NCBI GenBank assembly: GCA_030141605.1
Contig: JAQGDQ010000178.1
Span: 310,001 to 374,000, forward strand
Source: Tubiluchus corallicola
Taxonomy: Eukaryota > Animalia > Priapulida
DNA length: 64,000 nucleotides
Direction of reading: 5' to 3'
In this document: piece after piece, positions 12,410 to 25,553 of the stretch
Layout: every line of letters starts with the position of its first letter
Position numbering within the stretch: the stretch's first letter is position 1
Notes under the pieces: model-generated
Seen by the model: the letters and a program-made list of their open reading frames with translations, nothing else
Databases searched by the model: none
What the model was told of the DNA's origin: nothing
Made by a program: the position numbers and the translations under genes

Positions 12410-12829
12410 CTCTAGTAGTCTATTGTTTGCTGCCAACTTCAATAATTGTTACCTTTGAATGTTATAATTATTTTTTTACTCACAATTTTCTTTCTGTTAC
12501 TTTTTTAAGAGAACGTTTTAATTTTTTTCTTGCACATTTTGCTATTTGTTTTCTTTTTTCAAAGGAATCTTATAATTTTTTCATGCATGCTTTTCTGTCA
12601 GTTATCTTTTTTTAAAGGAATGTTCTAATTTTTCTGCACAGTTTTTAGTCTTGTATCTTTTTTTAAAAAATGTTATGTTGCATTTTAAACTTGTACTGTA
12701 CTTGTACTGATACACAATAAAATTCTATAAAAGTATTTTTTATGGAAGAGTGTAATTTTTGACAAAGTTCCAGGTAGTCAGAATATGAACGAAATATAAG
12801 ATAACAAATTAAAGAAATTAAAGATAACA

Positions 12830-13412
12830 ATACGTATCACTAACTATCGATTATCATATCAATACTAAAATTTTTTTATCGTTGTCGTATCTATATTTGT
12901 CTAGAATACCCTCATCACTTTGAATTTAGTACGAATCGCTTTCTTTTATAAAAGAGTTTTTCTTTGCTTGTCAGCATCACTTCTGTTTCAATATCGTCAT
13001 CATATGCCCATCACATCTATTGTAGACATTGGGCAGACAGGATTCTAAAATAAAAGAATTCTGTCCTAGACAGGTAAACGCAGCACTAATCCAGCAAGAA
13101 ACTAGACACTGCTATGCCATTGGCTTGTCAGCACCACTTCCATTTCAATATCATCATCATATGCCCAACACATCTATTGTAGACATTGGGCAGGCAGGAT
13201 TCTAAAATAAAAGAAACCTGCCCTAGACAGGTAAACGCAGCAGTAATCCAGCAAGAAACTAGACACTGTTAGACCAGTGGCTTATCAGCACCACTTCCGA
13301 TTAAGGACCACTACCGATTCCGTTTCAATAAAGACTCAGTCATTGTTGCTACAATAGCGTCAGTCTTCAGTCAGTTTAATAACATGCGTGCATGACAAGT
13401 GCCCTATTTTAG
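12830..13412 (+). repeat. Orphan copy of the cadherin-gene upstream region, inverted relative to 20820-21290, with an internal tandem duplication of about 160 bp
   Basis: Matches the reverse complement of 20820-21290 and, in part, 9660-9830 upstream of the intact gene. The block catatgccca..acatctattgtagacattgggcag...gcttgtcagcaccacttcc occurs twice (about 12995 and 13155). Confidence 0.8.
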
Positions 13413-13428
13413 AGGCATTTTCCCAGTT

Positions 13429-14136
13429 ATGCACTGACATAAATAAACTCACATGAATAGAAATGCATTAACTTCGCAAAACTCAAATCCAGCCGGACAG
13501 GAAAAACACTTTTGAGTTAGGCAATGTTGACCATTTCGCAGTATGAAACATCTAAAGTCTCCTCTAGATGAAAAGATAAATAGAAGGTGGAAAATCAACC
13601 CTTCTATACACAATCGAGAAGATTTGATGACAGTTGCATAAATAGTAACAAATTATGTAGTGAAACACGATTTTTGATGTTACAAAAGGACAAGTACACA
13701 ACACTGTTAAACAATATGACAGTGTGGCTACCAAAGTTTTGCAGTTTGTATGTAGTTCAATTATTCAATCAGCCGGAAGACGATACTGTTTTTGAGATGT
13801 AGTAAACTTTATTTTTCTAGAGTATAAATTGCATTTTTGAGTAGGGCAAGGTAAATTACATGTATTTTGATTAAATGGACCATATTTTTAATTCAAGTTA
13901 TATATTTTGAGTCTAGCGATGTTTTTTGTAGGAAAAATGAAAGATTTCTTCTTCTGTTCTGCTGAAATTCTTTGAGTTAGGAGAAAGAATGGGATATGCG
14001 ATTTTGAGTTATACTGAGTTTACTGTAGTCTTGAAATCTTGAATAACATACTTCTAAAAGTCTTTGGCAACATATTAGAAGGCCGAAAAATAGATAAGAT
14101 AAGTAGAAGGCAGAAAATCAACCCTTCTATACAAAA
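13429..14136. repeat. About 700-bp near-identical direct duplication, copy 1
   Basis: Almost base-for-base identical to 16257-16962; it produces the twin ORFs 13587-13802 and 16415-16630. Confidence 0.95.
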
Positions 14137-14299
14137 ATGACGAAATTTGATGACAATTACATAAATAATAACAAATTGTGTAGTGAAACACGAGTTTTTA
14201 ATGTCCAAAAGGACACTTGCTGTTGTTGTCATTGTTGCCGCCGTGTAGCAGCAAGTCAGCTAGTTTACGTACAACTTGAAAGAAAAACACAACAAAGAT

Positions 14300-14535
14300 G
14301 TCAAAAATGTCACAAGGTCATCAACTAAAGGTCACAAATTTTGCGAGGTCAATGTCGTCAACTGAACAACATCAAATGTACCAGGTAAAGGTTGCCAGCT
14401 AAAGGTTGTGAAATTTTACAAGCTCAGCATTGCGAACTAAAGGTCACGAAATTTTACGAGGTCAAAGTCATTAAATAATTTTCACAAAATTTTATCGGTC
14501 ATTTGCGAGGTCAAGGTCGTTAACTAAAGGTTATT
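14300..14535. repeat. Degenerate aggtca-rich repeat array
   Basis: Recurrent aaggtca, aactaaaggtcac and gaggtcaa motifs. Confidence 0.6.
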
Positions 14536-14830
14536 CATTGATTTATTTTCATGTATTTCAGGAATGGATATGAAAACTCCGCTATCCTTCGACTTCTTTC
14601 AAGTCTTTCGTACGGCATTTACAATCGAGAAGACGCAAGTGTCCAGCTGAGTGCTGTTGACATGCACTCTCTTGTGATCAGTCATTCCTTATTTCTGCAT
14701 GTAATGCAAGACGGGTCAGAAGAAGTAAAATCAGATGTTAAAGGTGATGTGCCCATATATATTTTCTTTGTTTTTCTCTTCTCTCTTTTCTCTTTCTTCT
14801 TTTTTATTCTTTTCTGTTGGCGAAAATATA

Positions 14831-15491
14831 CAATAAGTCCTCGCTTAACGATGCTAATGCACTTCAGCAAAATGATACGTTAAGTGAAACATCGTTAAGC
14901 AAAACCAAGCCTTCCGTAGAAGGTAATGTAAAAGAATTTATATACCTTCCAGAAGGAAAAATCAATGCTGCTTAAATCATACGCATCAGACGTTTAATAC
15001 ATATTTCTACCTCTTACTTTCTTTCTATTTGCTTAAAACACTTTATCTTTCTTACAATGTGCATTGTGAAAGTCATGCCCTGCATAAAGTGACCTTGAGA
15101 CAATTTTAGGTAGTACTAATCGGTTGTTATAGCAAAAAGTTGCAGACAAAATTCCTTAGCATGAAGTTTAAACTCGCCTGGAAATGTATAAATCGGCAAA
15201 TAGATCTCATATGATACAAATGGCTAGAATTTAGTATGCAGTCAGTCAGGAAGCAGAAACATGCACGAGAATTGCACTGTTTAGGTTGCTAATGCATTTT
15301 TGAAACAAAATAATGCACTTTGTGCGACTTTTATGCTTTAAATTAGGAAAAAAGTTGTTGGTAAAATAAAAAATGGCTGTGAGTCAAGCAAAAATTGTCA
15401 TTAAAATGAAACGTGCATCGTAAAGTGAGAAAAAGGCGTCGTTAAAACGAAAAGTCGATAAATGGGGAAGTCGTTAAGCGAGGACTTACTG
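14831..15491. mobile_element. Tc1/mariner (pogo/Tigger-like) MITE, copy 1
   Basis: TIRs caataagtcctcgcttaacga ... tcgttaagcgaggacttactg, flanked by TA on both sides; homologous to 36627-37299. Confidence 0.85.
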
Positions 15492-16256
15492 TATAGCTAT
15501 ACTGTATGGGACATTGCTAATGTGGTAATTAATGTTTATACCATTTTTATGGTGAATTTATGGTAATGATTTTATCAACACGTTTAGTGGTTTCTGGCAC
15601 TGTGTTTAAGTTGCTTGTTTTAAAGATAGTAAAGATAATTATTTTACCTCACATTTTATTTTTGGTTTTCCATTTTTTAATTTTGGTTATTTGCCCCAAA
15701 TATGCTAAACCATTGGAAACTTGATTTTTGGTTTGACCAGTTAATTTATGAAATTATCTGATCTATAATCATATTCATAACCGTAACCAATATGTTTTAT
15801 CTGTTAAACAAGCAAACAGAAATTTTTAGTTAAACAGGTTCAACATTAATTAACTTTAATTTTGCAAAAAATAAGAAAAACAAAGTAGTAAATAGGTGCA
15901 TCTTTGCCTCCTTGTCTGGCTAAGACCATTATGGATTCGCGATTTACATTTTTCACGGTGTAAACCTTAAAATTTAATCCAGCTCAAGTTTCTAGAGGAA
16001 TTTTTAACCAACAAACTCTTCACACCTGTACAGTCAGGTAAGTCAGGTACCTTGGGTCATGTGACATTCAACCTGCTGGAGCAAGACATATTTCAAAGTA
16101 AGCTCCAAGAGATGGAGCCACGATTTAAAGAATTCGTTTTGCCTTACTTATCTTACTGTTGCGTAAATACTGTATTGATTAGAAATTAAAAAGTTTTTCT
16201 CCCTGTTGCTCAGTATCATAAAATTTGTGAATTATTTTCATTATAAACTCATTCAA

Positions 16257-16962
16257 ATGCACTGACATAAATAAACTCACATGAATAGAAATGCATTAAC
16301 TTCGCAAAACTCAAATCCAGCCGGACAGGAAAAACACTTTTGAGTTAGGCAATGTTGACCATTTTGCAGTATGAAACATCTAAAGTCTCCTCTAGATGAA
16401 AAGATAAATAGAAGGTGGAAAATCAACCCTTCTATACACAATCGAGAAGATTTGATGACAGTTGCATAAATAGTAACAAATTATGTAGTGAAACACGATT
16501 TTTGATGTTACAAAAGGACAAGTACACAACACTGTTAAACAATATGACAGTGTGGCTACCAAAGTTTTGCAGTTTGTATGTAGTTCAATTATTCAATCAG
16601 CCGGAAGACGATACTGTTTTTGAGTTGTAGTAAACTTTATTTTTCTAGAGTATAAATTGCATTTTTGAGTAGGGCAAGGTAAATTACATGTATTTTGATT
16701 AAATGGACCATATTTTTAATTCAAGTTATATATTTTGAGTCTAGCGATGTTTTTTGTAGGAAAAATGAAAGATTTCTTCTGTTCTGCTGAAATTCTTTGA
16801 GTTAGGAGAAAGAATGGGATATGCGATTTTGAGTTATACTGAGTTTACTGTAGTCTTGAAATCTTGAATAACATACTTCTAAAAGTCTTTGGCGACATAT
16901 TAGAAGGCCGAAAAATAGATAAGATAAATAGAAGGCAGAAAATCAACCCTTCTATACAAAAA
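16257..16962. repeat. About 700-bp near-identical direct duplication, copy 2
   Basis: Near-identical to 13429-14136. Confidence 0.95.
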
Positions 16963-19044
16963 AGTTCCAGCAATCAATGATGATTGGTCAAAGGTTAAGT
17001 GTACTAGACAACGCATTTGTGTACACCTGGCAACGCCTCACACCACATGCTTTTGTAATAGTAACAGTTTTAACTGCTAGCTAGAACCTTACCTAGTTCA
17101 TTTTTTCTTGTTCCCAAGCAAGATCTTGCTAGAAAGTCACTCTACGCACAGACTTATGCATAGTTAAGTCCATGTAAAACATCTGACGTTACTGAACTAG
17201 TCTGGCAGATGGCTGTGCTTTACCCACATATCACGTGAAGGTTGTAGTTAAGATGCGTTGCTTTGGTACACTTTGTCTTTGACCTACAGCAACTGTGTGT
17301 GCACACAAAGAAACTGTGAAAAGACTTATTAATGATAACAGTTTATAAAGTAGCCTTTTTATATAGGTCCTAGCTTTGCAGCTTTGAGCGCTAGGTGGCA
17401 GGCCGTCACTTTGTTTACATCCCGTACATCAGTGTAAACACGTGTATATCTCTATGTATAAAAATATAGAATCAATTGTGCGTAGTTATTTGAGTCATTT
17501 GCAGACAGTTTTTATATACTTTTGAGTAGGAGCGGCCAGTACTTAGGCGTTTTTGAGACAATTAGGTATCATGTATCCTTGATAGTTGGGTATTTTAAAT
17601 TATGCATGAAACAAGGTAATTGATATTTTAAGTACATTTAGAGGCTCTCTATGGTCACAAAATTGCAATTTGTTGCTGGCTCCAAGGGGGCTTTTCCCCT
17701 CAACCCCATTGGGAGCCTAGGTGGCCCCAAAACCCTCAGCCTGTTTCACAGTTTTTTGCAATTTGTCATTCTCATCCCTGAAAATGATTGCAAAATGAAG
17801 CATGTGTCATGAACTAACTACAACCGTTTCGTTCGTCTAGACTTTATTCTAGCAAAGTATTCTGTTACTTTGTTATTACTTAATTGACAGCACGCCCTAT
17901 ACTAGACATTCATGTGACAAGAATATATTATAATGATTTGATTTGGGGTAATTTGATTCTTAGTTCATATGGGCAATGGAATAGGTGGGAGAGCTGTTAC
18001 TGAATTAAACTTTGCCCCCACAATTATTAAGCCTGTTAGCTTTTTCAATCAAATAATCAAAAATTACAATCATTAACAAGTCACGAGGAATTATATTATA
18101 ACATCTATACTGGCAGGTACAATCACAGAATCAAATAACATAATTATTATCAATACTATAATTGCACTGTACTGAAACACAGCGGAACAATTAGCCTGGC
18201 TAGCCCACAGGTCTAAATGTTCAAGGTAGACCTGTCTTACACAGCTTAAATACAGAAAACTAGAACACTATTAATGTAAAAGGTCATTCAGAAGTAAATA
18301 AGTACAGTAAGATTAGAGGGAAATTTAAGCTTTATCAATGCTATAACAAGCCTAAAAAAGGGAGGGAATGAGATTAAAAAATTATGAAAGAGAGATGAGC
18401 AAGAAGACACAATATAATATCTAAAAGTCAAGTTAATCACTGCGAAGTAATTAAGGCGAACTTCGCGACTGTTCAGTCAGTCAACATTGACAAATGAATT
18501 GCAGAAATGCACGCTCATTTAAAAACGAGTGATGCAGGTTGATTCTGTAAAGACTCCATTGTTGGAAATTTTGAAAATCTGCTCCGTAGAGTGACTACTT
18601 TTCTTGTTCCTCCTTTATCGGCTCTGCCTCTGCTCTTTTCCACAACGGATAGCAGTAAAGTAGATTTATGCGTAGGACATTTTGCCTGTCGCTTAATTTT
18701 TTTTACAGTTTTGCAGTTTGCAGCAGGTTTTTGCAGCAGCAAATTGAAACAGTACAGGTTCACATACTAGGTACCATTTAGAATGTGATTGGAGAAACGT
18801 AACATTTATCTGTTCTGCAGGCCATTTGTTTGGGGCCCCGCGGCGGTGGAGCACTACTCGACAACGAAAACCCGAGAACCATCTGTTTTGACGTGGATGT
18901 GCATGGACGACGTGCTGGATCTGTTAGATGCCCACAAGTTGTTGGAATCGGCCATTAAATTTCCTCTACAGCGGCGACTGCTGGTATAAACATTTTTATT
19001 GAAAATTGCAATCGAATTATTCTTACCTGGGAAATGACACCCTG

Positions 19045-20431
19045 CTACCTGCTTATGAGTTTTTTCTCCTGCTGCTTATCTGTGGAACGCTTGAGCATGG
19101 AAATCAGAAAACTGTTTTTTTTTGCAGCGCATGCAACATAAACTTGAACTCCTGGGGTCAGTTTTCTCATAACTTTTATCACACCTGTATGACGCTCCAC
19201 TGTAAACTCAGCTAGAGCGTTTTCGTTCTCTTTCTTATTCTTCAGACTATAAAAAAAGTATGGGATGTTTGTCCGGGATAAGTCGTCAACTTTCACAATC
19301 AATATCGGCCTTCTTATTGGAAGACTTTCCACAACTGTAGCTTTGTACAAATTTTGAGTAAATCCAGGGGGTGGTGCTTTGATTTTGCACTGTAACATGT
19401 ATGCCTGTCATTGGAGTGTAGTACTCGGGTTCGCCAGCCTTAACTTAAGTGCCTTTGACTGGCATGAAATACTCGCATTCTCTAATATTTCCTATTATTT
19501 TTATATCGCTACACTTTCCTCAGACGTTTCTTTATTGTCTGCATTGACAAACTGAAAAGGTTTACCTCCAATTACCAGGCTGTATCTTATGTGTTCATCA
19601 CTTTTTCCTGATTCGCCATCGATGGCAGAAATTCTGTTTGGCTGGACATTTATTATCGTCCCTACTAGGTCATTGTCTTTTATAGTGGTGTAATACATTT
19701 CTGCATCAAATACAGGATTGAAATGGACATCTGCTACATAGAAAGTGAATACATGTGTGCCTTCGTTTTGAATAATGCCTGCATCACGCATCGTAACAGT
19801 AACATTATACTGCGACTGCTGCTCATAATCTAGTTCCTCTCGCAAGAAAATGTCACAATTGTTGGTACCGCATCTTGCTTTTGCTTCACATTTGGAATTA
19901 CTGTCCCTGATGTAACACGTTGAAAAATAATAGTAGGGAGCCTTCTTATCATCATCTAGCACCACAAAATGTGCTAACATTGTTCCAATTTTAGTTTTTT
20001 CTGAAACAGGATATCTATCTCGCGTTTCTTATGCTGCTCTTGGTGGGTGTTCATTCTGTGATTTTATAGTAACATTCATATTTATGTGAAATTTTTCCTG
20101 GAACACCTCGATCAGATTACCTGGGCCTGACTTTAGTGTGAACAAGTTCGTAAGTAATACCTTTTACTTTACCGCTATAGTCAATAGTAGTGGTAGTATG
20201 AGGAAATCTGTCACTTATAGGCATATTATACGATGGTTTCATAACGTCCTCGCACCGACTTACATCTATTGTTGAAGTCAAGACTACAAAACCAAGAAAA
20301 ATCATCATGGTAAGTACAATATTGTGCAAAATACTTGCCACAGCCTTGCCAGTGAAAGTACGGCAAACATGATCACGCACGATGAAATGCATTTTTGTCT
20401 TGAATGAAGAATACCGCTTTGAGTAATGCAA
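19045..20431 (-). pseudogene. Fragmented cadherin-like pseudogene (inverted paralogue of 10472-12409)
   Basis: Three ORFs (20117-20431, 19501-19980, 19045-19398) are collinear with the intact protein (MHFIVRDHVCRTFTGKAVASILHNIV..., LDYEQQSQY..., PPPGFTQNLYKATVVES). They are separated by a deletion and frameshifts, and the copy ends before the TM helix. Confidence 0.9.
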
Positions 20432-21489
20432 AGTATGTCAAATCAACATTCCACTGTGTGCTACGACAGTAATACAAGAACAGCTCAAGTAATCAATTCT
20501 GCACCGTCACTGTATATGTATAGAACTATAATGCTGTATATAATTAGCAATACTGTGACATTGTAGATTACATTATTAAGAATGTAGGATTACATATTAA
20601 AAATAATTATGAACTGCAGTAACAAGTTTTTTTAACAGAATAATGTGCAGTGCTGCAAATGAACAAACCGAACACATCGAACAAGCGAACAGACACACAA
20701 ACACTGAAAATAATTCTGCTTTTCATAGATCATAGATGTAGATCTGCATTCAGGTGAAACCAGTTTTTGCATTGATTGGCAAAAAAAGAATAGAGAATGA
20801 TGTAAGATAAAAAGGTGACCTAAAATAGGGCACTTGGCATCCACGCACGTTATTAAACCGACTGAAGACTGCCGCTATTGTAGGAAGAATGACCGCGTCT
20901 TTATTGAAATGGAAGTGGTGCTGACAAGCCACTGGCGTAGCAGTGTCTAATTTTTTGCTGGATTAACTCCTGTGTTTACCTGTCTTTGGGGGTAGATTTC
21001 AGAATTCTGCCTGCCCAATGTCAACAACTGACGTAACGGGCATATGATGACGATGGATGATGATGATGATGATGGTGATGATGTAAATAACTCTTTTTCA
21101 TTTTTTTTGCTTAATTGCCACGCACAAATGGAAAAGCCAAGAGAAACTCTTTTATAAAAGAAAGTGATTCGTACTAAATTCAATGTGATGATGATATTCT
21201 AGACTAATATAGGTATAATAACGATAAAAACACATTTTTGGTATCGATACGACAATCGATAGTTAATGATACATATCGTTATCGTTAACGTCCCTAATCC
21301 TTATGTATTCAAAGTTTTACTGAGCAACTTGGTATTGAAACTCACAGATCACATTTGTTCTTATTGTCTTTATACGTAACAAAAGGCACTTTATATAAAA
21401 TGTAGTTTTATCTAACCAAAATAATTTTATTAAATAATACATTGATGGTGTTAAATAAGAAAATAATTTAAAAAAACGTATATGCACCA

Positions 21490-21710
21490 ACCAATCATGA
21501 CCACTATGATGATCATAATCATAATCATGATAATCATTAACACCACCACTACAATCATCGTCACCCTCATCGTCATCATCACCATCATCATCACCATCGT
21601 TATCATTATCTTTATCATCACTGCTGCTGCTGCCGCTACCATTGCTACCAACACCACTACAACCGACACCAGCACGGATGCTGCCGCCGCCAATGCTGAT
21701 GCTGATGATA
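21490..21710. repeat. Compound trinucleotide microsatellite (CAT/CAC/GCT)
   Basis: Imperfect (atc)n, (cac)n and (gct)n runs; source of the low-complexity ORFs here. Confidence 0.85.
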
Positions 21711-22186
21711 CGTTGTCACATTTTGAAGCTTTTCTTACATTGTAATGAACCATAACAACAGAAGTGTCGCTAAGCCAAGGTTTGAAACTGCAGTTTGAAA
21801 AGCGATTTTTGCCCCCCCCCCCTTAAAGCGTTTTGACACTGCAGTGCATGAGCAATTACTTAGCTAATAGCACGATTGCTCGGACAAACCTATAACCTAC
21901 TGAAAAGCGCAATTAACTCTAAATGTGTGTCGATGATTCGATTTTAATATTAATATGAAGTCACGGTCATTGACTATCAGAGCTGAAATACGTAGGAAGG
22001 CGATCGTATGCTAAGTGCTGTTATAGTGCAAGAATAATATTGTTTATATATGCCTTAAGTGGCTCCAGAAACAGACGGATGGAGCAAAATTAATCGGGAA
22101 TTTTTGTACTTGTGTCATTGGCGTTTCGACGTTGTGTTTACAAAATTATCGTTGTACATAGTACGCTGAACTACCTGAATTACGTC

Positions 22187-23332
22187 ATGAAGTCACTAGC
22201 TCCGCTTATAACAGCATTTTTACCAGTTTTCGTAAGTAAAAGCTTATCAATTTTGTCACATTATAGTTAGAACGTAAATACACTACGCGTACTTTGAGTC
22301 ACCACTCAATGGTTTTAGTTGAAACTTTCCAGAGCTCTGATGTAATTTTGTTTCAGTTAGTGGAGTTCATTCTTCATAATGCAGTAGCCAGAATTGCTGT
22401 GGTTTTTGAGAAATTTTCTTGATTTTATCGCTTTGCAATATCAACCCAACTGCTACGGAAAAGGAAATGAGGTGGGGAAAGGGCTTTTTAGAGGAGAAGC
22501 TAAATGTGTCTGATGATGGCTTGGTCAATTTAATCTACCCCGTCATACTTTGACTAGTTGGAATGCTTCTGCAAGTTTCATTCCGAATTTTACAATCTGA
22601 GTAAATAAATAAACAACGCTTTTTGCAGTAATGGTGAAGTATTGATTAAATAAACAAAAAGTACCCCAGTTTTTATTATAGCAAACGAAGCGTGGTTTAT
22701 TTATTTGCGCTTAATACTCAATAAAGGACTTAATAACGGTCACTTAATATCAATCAAAATGGTGAGATACATTCTTAGCTACAACCATAACGACTGGTCA
22801 ACATGAGGCCAGGAGGTGAATCTGCAAATGACCTGGTCAAATGACCTCAATGAGCATGCAGTAAGCCGAATGATTTACAATTCCTCGTACAAACTCCTTG
22901 GTAACATTGCAGGTATCAATTGGAGGCGCACGATGTGGGAGTTTTGGAGCAAGGTCAGGTATAGGTCACATAACAAGTGACGCGGGGCGACCACAGTTTC
23001 AAAGTCACATATCAAAAAAAAATCCTGGACGAGGTCATCAGTACCCCATGAGGTCGTATACGGGAAATGAGGAGGAAAGGCAGGTGATACAAAGGATGAT
23101 GACGGCAGGAGAGCCAACGAGGAGAGCATTTGATGACCTTCCGGCTACAAATCCTGGATATGGGCTAGGTTTGTAACATCAGCCATTACTTTTTTGTATA
23201 AGCATATTTATTTATAAAAGGAACTGAAAATAAAGTATGTGCTGCATAACTTGCTTAATCTGAGTTTCTACAGCTACTATAATAATAATAACAATAATAA
23301 TAATAATAATAATAATGATGATCATGATCATG

Positions 23333-23395
<63 letters not shown>

Positions 23396-25553
23396 GTAAT
23401 AATAATAATTTATTTCGTATCAAAGATGTAGTACATCATAAAAAGGCTACAATAAAAAACAATAAAATTACAATACAGTTCAATTTACATCTAAAATGAA
23501 TTACAATATACACAAGTATGTTATTTCATAGAAGGCTTTCTGATGTTTAGGTCCTTATGAAATTCATTTTCTGCAAGATGTTTTATATTAATACAAGACA
23601 AGTTCAGCGGTGTCTTATATTTTGTACGGACGGATTGACCTGGTTTATTAATTTCACAGAGGACTCAGACAATGTAGCTATCTGGGTGAGACATGAAACT
23701 TTTATTAAATGGATTAAACAGCTCAGTGGCATCGTATTACAGAAGTACTGAAGCAATCTAATGCTCTCATTTCTTTTATAATTGAATATTCTCCTGAAAA
23801 CAATGTTCCATGCAACTTTGACAAACATAAGTCTCTACTTTTCACTGACCACACTTCTGAAGCATAAGTTATAATGGGTAGATAGTAGGTGTTCAATATA
23901 GTGACAATACCACGCCTACACATTCATATCCTACTACGCAAAATAAAAAAGAGATTCAAAACAGGAAATGCACACGTCCTGCAATAGACAAAAATACTAG
24001 ATAATCTTAACTGGCTGCGTAGGACTGACGAAACAAAACAAAAACGTTTTACTTTTAGCGGTTGCTAAACGTAATAAACCACCAGATTATGATACAAGAT
24101 AGAATTATACTGTTGCAAAATCGTAACAAGCAAAACAGTCATGTAGACCTAATCAGATGCATCTTAAACAAAACCGGTTGTTGATAGTTACAAATACCTA
24201 AATGGCATCTTTTGTCAATACCAAAAAGGAAAAAAGAGAAAAAATAGCTGTTTAAATCTGTCTTACAAATTTAGATAATAACATCAGAGTTTCATAAAGA
24301 ACTAATTTATTAACCTTGTCAGGAAATATACCCGACCCACACAATAATAAATCCATTGTTCATTTATACTAAGATTTTAAAAGTTAATGTGTGGCAACAA
24401 TGACACTACTTTGTTGTTGAACATTGAGAGCAGCCAAACAGGCCTGCACGTCTGTGACAAAATTGAACAACTATGTTTGTTATACCAACAAGAAATAGTA
24501 TAGGGTGCGTTGATATTCGTCCTGTTCAAGTAGATGTGGCAAAGGTGTGTGTGACGGCCAGTCGAGCAATCGTGAGGTGTTAACGTTCGCGTGGTTTCAA
24601 ACAGCCGTGCGTTAGGACAAATGAATAAAAAAATCTCAGAATTAAAAGTACAGTGAAAAAGAAAAAAGCACAACGTTTCGAACTACCTCGTAGCTCTTCT
24701 TAAGATGGACGTAAAAAGCCAAAAAAGATTTTAAAGACAGTAAATAAAGAAAATGATTTGTGGATTTCTTATATTAATTGTCACTATTCTTGTTATTGAG
24801 AACTAATCTGTGTTATTGGGACACTTTGACTATAGGTTTAGGTAGGTTTAGGTTAATTAAGCCACGTTACGTGCATATAAGCCAAGCAGACTGAACGGCT
24901 GTACGCCGTTTTTGACAAGCATTTTTGCTTAGCTGGGTTTGACTATTTTATTCATTGTAATAAGAACATACACAAAATGCACAGCAATAAATTGCAATGC
25001 ATATATAATAATTGTGTATGTAAAGTCTCTTAACTGATGTTATACAACAGCGTCAAATTGTTAGTAAAATACACAAGATGCAAGACATTTACACATTTAC
25101 GTACTTGTATTTTCTACTCCCGATAAGTTTAAAAATGGTAAAACCAACCACGTTACTGCACTTCCTAAATGTCAGCAGCAAAGAAGGATTTATTAGCTAT
25201 CTGTCAATACCTTAAAGCGTTTGTTAACGCGTTATTATTATTTTTACGCAGGTGCTAACGGACCTCCCACAGGCCGTGCGCCACAGAACTTGGCGACTCC
25301 TCCTCCCTCGGGCTTTCGCTCTCCTCCAGTGCTCAGCGGAGAACTCAGGCGGTTTGTAAGTCAAAATGTTGTCTTCAGTCCTGGAGCATCGAAGGACCAT
25401 CTACCGTCGTCGCAGGGAAATCGGGGCCCCTTCATCAACAAGCAAGGCATACCTGATGGGTCCTCTGCTCCGAATGGCCTAGGAATTGGCTATGATGGTC
25501 CCCCGTTGGTGTTCCGTCCACAGCCATACTGGCCATTTAGAGATCCCAACTGA
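22187..25553 (+). CDS. Secreted GYGLGxNGPP-motif protein, paralogue A (exons 22187-22231, 22913-23168, 25252-25553; about 200 aa)
   Basis: Exon 1 encodes MKSLAPLITAFLPVF and ends at a gtaagt donor. Exon 2 follows ttgcag (VSIGGARCGSFG...NPGYGL-g|gt). Exon 3 follows tttttacgcag (G-ANGPP...NGLGIGYDGPPLVFRPQPYWPFRDPN*). Intron phases 0 and 1 join in frame, and the N-terminus looks like a signal peptide. Confidence 0.8.
23278..23920 (-). mobile_element. LINE (non-LTR) 3' fragment with an (ATT)n tail, inside intron 2 of paralogue A
   Basis: Minus-strand TILNTYYLPIITYASEVWS matches the post-RT motif of non-LTR ORF2; (AAT)n microsatellite at 23278-23410 lies at the 3' end. Confidence 0.7.

Noticed and set aside
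13587-16630. Twin 71-aa ORFs (MENQPFYTQSRR...) as a duplicated gene
   Set aside because: GTG starts, no recognisable motif; the identity is explained by the recent 700-bp duplication.
21451-21753. Hydrophobic membrane-protein-like ORFs on both strands
   Set aside because: They are translations of CAT/GCT microsatellites.
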